Source of the DNA: Chrysomallon squamiferum
Taxonomy: Eukaryota; Animalia; Mollusca
Reading direction: 5' to 3'
NCBI GenBank assembly: GCA_012295275.1
Contig: CM022671.1
Span: 13,888,001-13,952,000, forward strand
DNA length: 64,000 nucleotides
Shown: piece by piece, positions 1 through 11,700 of the stretch
Layout of the letters: every line of letters starts with the position of its first letter
Numbering within the stretch: the first letter of the stretch is position 1
The notes under the pieces: model-generated
Seen by the model: the letters and a program-made list of their open reading frames with translations, nothing else
Databases searched by the model: none
What the model was told of the DNA's origin: nothing
Position numbers and translations under genes: made by a program

Positions 1-341
1 TTAAAAGTATGCAATGGTATGAGTATCTTTATGGTGACAGACTCTCTCTTTGATTATAAACACTCTCTCCATAAACAAATGGTTAGTCCTTCCAGGCAGG
101 TTCTTATAATGCCTTGCCAATTGTACATAGTATCCCTACATCCTTTTGCTAAAATGGTCATAATAAAACAATACTTTGTTATGATGAATTTTTTAGGGGG
201 GATGCTTAGTGTCTCTGTGCTGGCTTATTTGATATGTGACAAAAGTAACTCATTTAAGTGTTGTAAGAAAAGTACTCACAGTGAATGTTTAAATTACAGG
301 AATCACAATAACAAAATAAATGCATTTTCCAGGTGAGTTAC

Positions 342-3300
342 CTTTTTCTTCTCTTCTGTGTTAATCTCTATCTCCAGCAAGTCAATGTCTGGTGGATCTT
401 TCATATAAGTCTGAAAAAGGTGTATATATATATATTTTTTTTTTAGATTTAAATTGCCATTCAGTTTACTGTATTGTTTAACATATACGATTTAAAAAAA
501 ATAAATTAAAAGAATACGATGGTGTACATAAAAAATTCCACTAATACTGTTAAAGCTAAATTAATTTCAGTTATATAAATGTTATTTTGAACAGTCTCAG
601 TATACAAATATTCTTCACAAATTAAATAAAGTATACAAAAAAATTGTCATTAATTTGAAAAGTATTGATGATTGGTTAAGCTCTTTAGCTGAAAAGCTTT
701 TAAACATTAATTTATTCAATCCAGAAACAACAAGAAATAAAAAATACATTTAAATCTTAATAACTGTAAAATTATGAATAGAATACAGAGCAATAAATGA
801 GGAAATATCTTACCCTAGCCTTGAGATTAGGATGAAAAATGATGTAACCATTCAGATTAATGGCAAAGGAATATCCATTTGGTCCAAGCTGAATACAGAA
901 AATATTCTATTATCTCAACCATGTAAATTCTTTGGTTATATTTCATATTTGAAGATTGAATATGATGCACTGTTTCATTTGTGATGTTTGTTTCCTTTTT
1001 GCTTTCGGTTTAAATTTTTCTGATGTAATAATTTTGTATTTATAAACATAAATTAATTTTTTATGCCATACAAGTTAACTTATATTTAAAATAATGTAAT
1101 ACAATTATGATCTATCACTTATGTTTACTATGTTTCACTTATATTTACTATGTATGACAAATTTAGTTTTATGTTACCTCTTGTTTTGGAGTTTTTTCTC
1201 TCATAGAATCAGTTGTTACATCAATTCCCATAACTCCAAGAATTGTCTGGTTGGACTGATAAAAAACACTCTTATTAAACATTTTAATAGTAACTGTTCA
1301 TATTGATAAACACATCAAAAAACAAAAGCAGAATTATTATTATATCTTTTTATCACTGCCTGATTACTGCCGATTTTAAAACATCTAAAATGAGAAAATA
1401 TTGTAAATGTCTATATAGTGGAGGTAAGTACTGATGTTATCAAATTTAAAGTAATTCTTCCTTCTGTTTTTTTTCCCCCTTTACTTCCTCATTATATTAT
1501 ATAAAACTACACTGAAAGTGTGTATCTGTCTGTATGTGTACATGGATGTGTAAATTTGCATGTGTCTGAGTGTGCATGCATGTCTCTTCAAAGACATCTA
1601 GATTATGTAGTTGTAAAGTTTAGCTATTAAAAACTCACTGAACCAATGGTTCGATTGTAAACTGGCAAAGTCACTGATGTCATCATTCCCAGTCCCTGAA
1701 ACATGTCACATTTAGTTTTATTTATTAGAAAAAACCCACAGTGAATCACCTGACTAAATAAATAAAAATGTTTTCAATCTTGTCAATTTTGTAACAAATT
1801 AATATAGTGGTATCCAAAACATATATAAAATTTAGAAATTTCTGAAGATATTTAAAAAATAAAGATAAAATATTTATAACAAATAAATGACTCAAATGAA
1901 TTATCATAAAATTATGCATCTGGTCTACAAATGTTGATGTATATTGAATATGTTGATGTATGTTGAATATTCTTTATCATATTTTTTAAAGAACAAACAG
2001 TTTTTAAAAATGATTTTAGTTAGTTAATTTCCAGAAGTAGAATATTATTTGAATTCTGTATTTATACATATAAAACAATATTTGAATGTAAAATAAAAAT
2101 CAGATAATATTAAAAATGAAAAAACAAAGATTTTAATTGAATAAAATTATTAATTAAGTAAAATCATGTGCATATTAATTATTATTGAACTATAAAGCGT
2201 AATAATAATATGTTAAGCATTAAATCGCATGCAAAATAATGATATGATAAAAACAAATAAAGTATAAACATATTATTCAAAAGCAAGCTGCATGCAAGAC
2301 AAATAATTTAAAAAGCATGCCAATAGTCAAACACAATGTATTAACACATTCCAGTCTATCTTCAACAGTATTTGAATAGTATTTTTTAAATTTATAGATT
2401 TTAGCTAATCTGATGTATCTTTTATCCTTACAACATATTTCAACATTTCAATAAGTAAATATTTTATAAATTCATAATTTTAAACATATTAGAAATTTTG
2501 AATTCAGTGTTATATTTAATTATATTTCTACTTTGTTATTTTCATACAGAATTATCATGTTTGATGTAACACAAGGTTTACCTGCAAGAGCATCCATTTT
2601 ATTTTCTCTTTACCTATGTAAAAGTATGTCTTTTTATTATTACATATAGCTGAATATCATGCAAAATAGTAGTTTTCTATTTTAGTCAGTTATTGGGTGT
2701 GTGTACTCATATATTTATATGTAGTACATATTTAGTTTACAACTATTTGTGTGAAATATACTACACAGTTTACTAACATCAAACACAGATAGGTGAATAG
2801 TGTGTGTGAAATAAAATTAGAACACTTTTGTTTATTTTTCTAAAATAACTACAATATATATTCAAAGTGTAATTCGTTTGTACCTTATTTCACCAATGAA
2901 ATAAATTTCAAATATCTAGATGTAGATATTATTTATGTAAAAAAGTATAATAGTTGATACTGCTAAGAAAAACAAGAATATTTTTTTAATCTTTAGCTAA
3001 TTTGAAAATAAAAACAAAACAAATTAATAATAATTTTAACAAGATTATAAGAATGTGAAAAATGTATCAAGTTTTTAAAGAGAAAATGTTCATGCTTAAA
3101 AAGAATAATAACAATAATAAAATACAGGAGAGATAGGAAAAGAAATAAACTCATTTTTTTTTAAATAATTTATTCTGATATATTACAATATTTCTATAGT
3201 AATACTTTTTATATTTTACTCATTTTATTTATTTTATTTGCTTAATATATTATTATTATTATTATTATTATTATTTTTAATGGAGATTTTAAATGGTGCT

Positions 3301-3572
3301 CAATGGACAGACAGACGATATGGACTATGACTTACAACACTATGAATGACACAACACTGAGTAAGAGGTCAAAGGTCAAAATACCAGATGATCATAATAC
3401 AAGTCACCCCAGTGGTAATGCTTCATGTCTAGCAGAACTTGAGGTCGACTTAGTACTGGTATGTAATCCTTCAAACAGAAGTTTCAAATAAACATACAGG
3501 AAATTTTATATAAAATTTATACAAGTTTCAACATAAGATGTTTGGCTGTTTGGGAAAACAATATATTTTTAA

Positions 3573-3608
<36 letters not shown>

Positions 3609-6600
3609 CAAAATAGAGAAATAAATGGAGTATTTTGATATACATAATATGTCTGTTAAAGGAAAACTTAGAGCCAAGTTACATAAATTTGAATTTTTAC
3701 TTGAACAAAGTCTAAGATTATGAGAATAATTACGAAGTATAACAATCTGATATATTTAGAAAAAAATGAAAATCAGTTTACAAAACAAAATGCATTTTAA
3801 GAAAAATGTGACCAAAAGCCATGAAAACAGTTTTCTTTTTCTTTTCAAATCTACACAATAAAGGTTCAAGTTTAAAAAGTAGTTGTCACAAGATGCTGGT
3901 AACTTATGTAACAAACACAAAAATGACAAAAACAAAATCAGGTCTCTCTACCTTATAACTAATCAACATTATCATCATCAATCATCATAGTCATTGTCAT
4001 AATCATTTTCCTGATAACCATATTCATCAACAACTGAAAAAATCTATTATTTCTTAATATATTATCTCCAAATATTTCTAAATCACTTCTCTAAAGCTGA
4101 TCAAATCTTTTCTTCCAATGTTTTTTTGTTGTTGTTGATATATAAACTAAATTGGATAATAATAATATTACAGACTGAAGTAATGGTAAAAACTCTTGTT
4201 GACAGTAAATTATATTGCATAATGTTTGTTTGTCAGTAAATACTAGAAAAGAAACCACTGTTAACTGAACTGAATTAACTTTATTAATTGAAAGAAAAAG
4301 ATTCTGTTAAGGAGATTAGTAGTTGATAATGATTAATTGCTGAACAGAATTTATAGTATAAAATTATAAAAAAAGATTTTAGTTCATGTTAAATATTTAT
4401 GTTTAGTAAATATTATTTTTCCATGCCCGAATAATAATGTAGTAACTGTATTTATCATGATGGCCAACTCTGATGAGAAATAAACATCATGTCATTTTAG
4501 CGGAAATGGCACATTTCCCATCTTATACAGAACTCTGTCAATATCAGAGGTCAGGTCCACTACAAGTGTACTTGAACAGTTTTATGACAAACGTCCAACT
4601 ACAGAGTGAGCAATGAAAAAAAAAAAGAAAAAAGGAAAATAATAATAATAATCCAGTAGGTAAATAAATAACTTAATAAGTAAATAAATACAAGTAAATA
4701 AGCATTCATTAAACATCTTGGACACTAACTTAAAAATGTTCTTTATTAATCTTCAGTAAAACCAAATAAATAAAAATCAGCAATGCATTGGATTATATGA
4801 TTAATAAAATTCTAGTCTTTAAATCAAATTTGGAAAAGTGGTAGAATTGCCTTGCGAATCATAACACACACTATTTCTTCACAACCACTTCTAAACTACA
4901 CAGTAGTATTGATACAACAGTACATTATTTGTAAATGAAAAAACTGTTGATAATTAAGGTCTGAATTTATAATCTATAATATTTCCTCAAATATTAAGAC
5001 AAAAAGTTGGCCATCATGAAATACATTTGAAACATTATGCTGTAAGATGCAGAAATAAGCAATAATTTTAAAAAATGAGGTTGAGAAAATGTTGTTTTGT
5101 TGGGTTTCTTCCATCTTTTTTACATGACATGCTTAAACTGGGATTCAGTTTCAACTCATTCTTACTCGGGGGTCAACAGTTACTGTCCAGTGTAGTTCAG
5201 TGCCATTAAAATATTCCTTAGGCCCATAAAATGCCTTAATGTATTCCTGTTAGAAAAAGTTAAAGCTGTCATATATAAATCCAAAACAAAATATTACGGT
5301 TATTGCAATAAGGACCAACAGATGCAAATGTATAAATGTAAAATAGTTGAAAGTGGCTTTTTTCTAATAAGATGATTTGATAAAGATATACTATTAATAA
5401 CATTTGCTTTATATCTGCATCTCTTTTCAATCAGAAGTCACTTACAATCTAATGATTTATGTGACATTTATTTCTATAAATCAGTATACTAAGAAAAAAG
5501 ATTTAAAAAAAGAAGAAAAAACAAATAAACAAATTGTAATGTTTTCTGTGTGGTTAAAAACTTTGATAAATTATTTACAAATGATATTTATGAAGGTACA
5601 CATGAAGTAAACAAAATGTACAGAAAATAAAAACCTAAAGCCTCCAACTGAAAAAAGAGAAAGAAGATTCTTTAAAATGTATACAAAGTTAAAAAATTAA
5701 TAATCATTTAATAAAGCTGATTCCAGCATCACCTGAATACAGATACTTATACCATGAAATGATAAAAACGAACTGAAGTTGTTAAATAAACACTGAATCC
5801 CACACCAGCTGTGTAACAATTACCGGTTTGTTTTCAGGGTTATTGTGTGGTGATATGCGACTACCAGACCACTGTGTGTGTTCAACATTTCTTATAGCAA
5901 GTGGTCGAGCCAACACATCATAGTATATCTAGTCAAAGAGTTCCAAATAACAGTAAGTACAAAATATCATATGTGCAAAGAATTAATATTTGCTTAATCT
6001 CATCATACTTTATTTTTAAAAGTGATCATATATGTATTTTATTACAACTTCCTATAATAAAAAAGTCAGACAAATATATATTTCTTTAGAGATGCACATA
6101 CAAATATATTTATATGATTATAATGGTTGGTAGGTAACTGGTAAAAGTATCTTTGTGTAAGAGAAAATAAAAAAATAAAATATCAAACAATTTACCTGAA
6201 CTTTTGCTCTAATAGCACCCATTGCAGGAATCTGTGAGAAAAACCCTGCAGCACAAAAACAAGTAATGAAATATACTTTTACTTCTGTTATTAACACATA
6301 TATAAAATACAGCCGACTTAATTTATACTCTGTTATGATCATTATGGAGATTAGTTGTTTTCAGTTAAAAGGTGCAGTGATGGTATTTCAAATATATTTC
6401 AAGAGTAATTTACTGATCAACAACTGATCTTACAGTGATGACTGCAGCCTTCTGTATGTCTCCCATCTCATTAACCCAATAATGTCATAAACACAAAATA
6501 CAATATCATTTTTACTTTTTTTTTTTTTTTAAATTTAATCAATAGTGATTTTTGATTACCTCTGTTTGCACATGCCATCCATCTGATAGCTGTTGTTGGA

Positions 6601-8743
6601 TTTGCTGTTGGTCCAATAGCATACGTGAAGACTCGAACCTGTAAATAATATATGATGTATGTTACTAGACAGTGTGCACTATTCATATGCCTCATACTAA
6701 ATATTAATGCTGGCCATTTTGGAATCAGCAGATAAAATTCACATGCAGAGTATCTGGATTTATATTTGGCAAAAGTCTGAGATTAAAGCTGTGAACTTTT
6801 AAAAATAATTACTAATGTTTTAGAGTCTTTTTTTTAACTTTCATTTTTAATATTTCCACATTATTTTTATATCATTATTATGGTCAAAATAAATTCTTCA
6901 ATGTCATCTTGATAAGAAATATGAATAAAAAATTGCATAAATTTATCTTTGTTAAGCAATGAACTAGTTTTTTTTATTTCTTTAATTTGTTATCTGCAGA
7001 CATCAGGTATACATGTTTATACAAGTTTAGTAAACTGATGTACTGGGAGCAATTTTTTTTTTTTTTTTTTTTAAATTTAAGTATGCATCATTCAAAGAAA
7101 AAATGAAAGAAATAAATGTGGCAGTCAAAATGCAGTTTTAATTTATTAACATTCATGCACAAACAAATGTGTTAGTTAGTGTTATTAGAAATAAAACAAG
7201 GATAGTACTTGTAATATATTAAAAATATGTTTCTGTTTTGGAAGAGAAGTGATCTGCATTTCATAACAAAATATCTCCCAGGCAGAAGTTGAAAATCTGC
7301 TGGGCAGAACTGTCTAAGAAGTATTTCTGAACAGAGTGAGTTTGCTGAAATCCTTGCTAAAACTGAATGCATGTTCATGACAAAATGTGTGATTAGAATA
7401 TGAAAATTTGTGAGCATCTCAGAAGATGTCGTGTGCACACACAATACCAAAGATGATCACATAAGACCATTAATCAGTGTCAGGAACAATTAGAAACAAA
7501 ATTACTATATATGAGTCAAATCTCACCAATTAGACTTGCTAAGTTGCATTTATTACACTATATAACCATTAATGTTCACTTTTCCTTTCTTTTATTTTTA
7601 CTTCTGTATTATTCTTACAAAATCCTTTTGTAGAAATAATAAGTGTTTATTTATTTATTTATTTATTTAAAATCCAGTATGTCCATTTTGCATTTATCTT
7701 GAATTCAAATCAATTTATGTGCAAAACTACATACTTTTGTTTTGTCTGTTAAATGTTTAGGGTTTTTTTTAAATATTATTTGTATTGTTTTTAAGGGTTT
7801 TCTTTTCTCTTTCTTTCTTTCCTTCTATCTTTTTTACTTTTTAATAAACATTAATTTTTGTACCCCATTCTTTTCTCTTTTATTTTAATAAAAAAATCAA
7901 TCACAACACCCCCCCAAAAAAAAACATTCTAGGAAATATTTTTGAAAATCCTGTAATATTTTATAATGCACAGGAAAATGAAATCAGTTACACCAATTTT
8001 TTTAAATTCATTTGTTTAGAATTTTTTTATCATTTTGAAATACTGCAATAAAAATGTATTATATTTACAACAATGAAAACAAAGTGTCTAGTTAAAATAC
8101 AAGAAAGAATTGTTAATAATAAATTAGCATTAAGTTATACCAAAAAACATAAATAATAATTACTATAGAAAATGCTAGTTATAGAGAAAGTATGACATAG
8201 ATAGATAGATAGATAGATAGATAGACAGATAGATAGATAGATAAACAGACTCTACTATATATATTTTTCTTCTATTGTTTAATATTTAAATTTCAAGATG
8301 CAATGTAATGTTTTGATAAATCAAGTGGTTATGTTTTTTGTTTTGGGTTTTTATGCTAAAGTGAAGGAGAAAGAATTAGAAAATTTCAAACAGCCAAAAA
8401 CAAAAATTATGAAACATTAGCCAAAACTGATTGAAAAAAACATTTTGTCTGTAACACTTCACTTACAATGTTCCTAATGACTCCTTTGTACTGTAATTAA
8501 AATTGTACATATTAATATGACTGCTTCTGTTCTATTATTTCAGGTAACATGATGTATATTGCACAAATAATAGACACTGTACTGATAAAAAAACAAGATT
8601 GGAAATTAAATATAACCACAGAGATAATTCACAATCGTTTCCATATTTTCCATTACAAAGCATAAGCTTGCAAAGTCTTCTCTGCAAAAATTAAATAAAT
8701 GATTTTAATCTTTATTTATTTACTTATTTATTTATTTTTATTA

Positions 8744-8781
<38 letters not shown>

Positions 8782-11700
8782 TTTCAGTGGGTTAATATTT
8801 GAATTATTAACTGAAATGACAATGAAAATACATAGATAAATTTGTTTTAAAGTGACTTCTGCATCACTATGAAGCATTTATAAGATAAATAACTATAAAT
8901 TTATAAATAAATCAAAAAAATTCCCTCAGAAGGTCATTACAATCAGAAACATCCTCCCAGAATAATGTGTTTTACAGATGTGTCAAAAATTATGTACTTA
9001 TCTTTTGTATTGTTTTATTAGTTCTGTTTGCATCAAAGAAAAAAACTAATTTAGAAATGTTCTCTTTGCTCATTTATCCTGTCTAAAGCAAACATTCACT
9101 GTGATATTTTAATTATACAAATTATTTACACATGTATTAAATTGTTCAGTCAGTGTGAGTAAAATATACATTTTTATATTGATAACATTACATTGTCTTA
9201 TTTGGTCAAATTTCAGAATATACTTCTATAATTATGTGGGTAATTTAAAAATTAAAAATAAAAATAGGATAAGTAATACTTGATCAAATATGTATTTTTA
9301 ATTAAAAACCCTTAAAAAATTTAAAATAAAACCCACAACCCAAAATATTATTTTGTCAATGAAAAAAACTGTGAAAAAAAACATATTGTAGTATTCAGTC
9401 AGAAAATGAAATCTGCAATCCAAGAAGAGTACATATAGGCATGTCCTGCATTAAACAGTGAAATTAACAGTGTTAAAGGTAAATACCGTTTTGTTAGGCC
9501 AGTTGTATTCTTCAAAAATTTCTTGAGCATTGTCTGTTCCTCCGTCTGTCAGTAACATAATCACCTTGTTACACCCAGAGCCTGCATGTGGGTCGGTTCC
9601 ATTTCCAAACTACAATAAAAACAATAATCAGCTGTTTCAAGTGCTTCACACACACATGATGCTATTCATATGTGTGTCTTTAAAAAGCAATAAAACTATT
9701 TGTTTTTGATTTTACATTTTACATTTTAATTTCATAGTGGTTTATTTAAGATTCAAATATGTTTTGTTCTCACAAATTGAATCAACAGTCAACAAAACAT
9801 ATTTTGAGTATTGCTGTTTTTTTTGAAAAAATTGTGAATCTGTCAATTTTGATATTTTTCCTGCAAACTATTCTTTAGCTCTCCCTTTGTCAATTTCAAA
9901 TGTAGATGGTGTCTAAATTTTTTTCCCCTGCAGTATTAAGTGACTTCTGTAAAGAGGTGACAATTCATGCGCTAAACTGCATTGAAAACATGAGGGGAAA
10001 TGACAAGTTTGCATGCTTTCTATTTCGGTAATTTTGAGACAATTCCTGACAAACCAGGCATCATCTTTCCATATATTGGCATCAACAATAATATCTGTCT
10101 TCTTCAGCCTCTTAGAACTCCCTCCCTGTAACGTTCAGCAGTGTAAACTATTGTAGTCACATGGTAGCAACAACAAGGTCACACCCCTAGCAGTTGATCT
10201 CATTGGTTCTGTGAAAGGTCATTTAATAAACCTACAAATAAACACGTGTGTATTGCCTATTTCCACTGCATGGCAGCTGACCTAAACAAATGAAACGAAA
10301 CAAACAGCAGCACTGAATGTTGTTAGAATAATGAAAATGATCTTGAACAGTTCGACTGTTTGATTGAAGAATATATTTTTTTGGAGGATTTGACAGAGAG
10401 ACAGATGAAATTGACCACTTGGACTGTAGGAAAATGACTTGCAAACTGCAGTGGAAGCAAAAACAGAATACACCTGCTTCAGAAATGGGGCACAGTAGGA
10501 AACAAGCAGGGTTCATAGATCTTCCTTATCACCTATTCCATGTAAAATGTTATTTTGTTTTTATTGGTTAGGAAAGAAAACAATATTTTTACTGTTATTG
10601 TTCAGTGATTCTTTGCCTTGAAAATGTCCATACTTACATAAGTAGATATAGTCTTTGTTACCAAACTTAATAATTACATAACCAATTGTTTTTCAATATA
10701 AAAATACTTAGAATATATTATCTTTAAGTTATTAGATTAGCCCATTTAATTTTCTCTATCAGAGTAACTTATTTTCCTTTTTAGCAACACCGATGGAAAT
10801 TACACAGGGACAATAAATTATTTTATTATGAATTATTTCTAACAAGAATATTATTTAACTATTAATAAAGTATGAAGAAAACGGCACTGACTGGTCTAAG
10901 TCTGATGTGTCTTGTAAACCAAAGGATAATGGTAGTGTAGGTTCTTGATAATGTAATAAAAAAAAAAAATTAAATCAACAGCATTTTGCCTAATAATAAT
11001 ATTATATTCATATTAGCAGATTATGATAACAATGTTGTTTTATAAGTTGGCAGAATCTGATCAAGACCTGTCCATGGTAACTAAGACAAATACCCCAAAA
11101 TAAACAACATTCTGTGAAAGCCATTTTCTGCCATATCTCTCAATAGAACTGATGGATCTTCTATTATGTTATATTGTAAGAAAGCAGAAATGTTGCTCCT
11201 TCAAGTTGTACTAACAACTCATTTTGTAATCTTTCCAACAAGTGACTCATTTTTTGAAAATGCTACACACATTATCATTTTATTTTTAAAAAACCATATT
11301 ATATATATAGTATTATAATTCAACAGTGAATTGTCAGCATGATACCCCAAAACAAGTGCATCATCAAGAGAGAGGGGGAGAGAGAAAGAGAAATAGATTG
11401 ACAGAAAATGGGAAAGAGAAAAAAATACCTTCTTAAACTGCTCAAATGCAAATCTGAGACCAACTTTATAATTTGCCATTCCACCTGCTTGAAGTCCATC
11501 CACATCTTTTGACAGCCTCTGAAAAAATTAACAAGAAATTGAAAAACATTTCAAACCTAACACGTATAATTGAATAAGGTGTTTCTAGAATATGAAACAG
11601 AATAAATATAAATGAAGTTATGGAATGTGTTATAATGATGTAATCAAAGATGTGAGACTGGAGAAGAATTCCACACTCACCTGCTTGTTACGATGATTAG

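Noticed and set aside
19-336. 105-aa plus-strand ORF and most other 60-110 aa ORFs in the track
   Set aside because: They are low-complexity or microsatellite-derived, or antisense shadows of real exons. They show no recognisable domains or consistent splice structure.
3950-4035. AG...GT-bounded segment as a fourth exon 15 variant
   Set aside because: Stops in all three frames; it is degenerate (ATC)n sequence.
4480-4600. GC-richer island with an acceptor-like TGTAG as another exon 15 copy
   Set aside because: Stops in all frames and no xY..P..W skeleton. It may be regulatory but is not a coding exon.
9840-10520. GC-richer intronic block with short ORFs
   Set aside because: Probably an old transposon remnant, but I could not recognise a family or motif.
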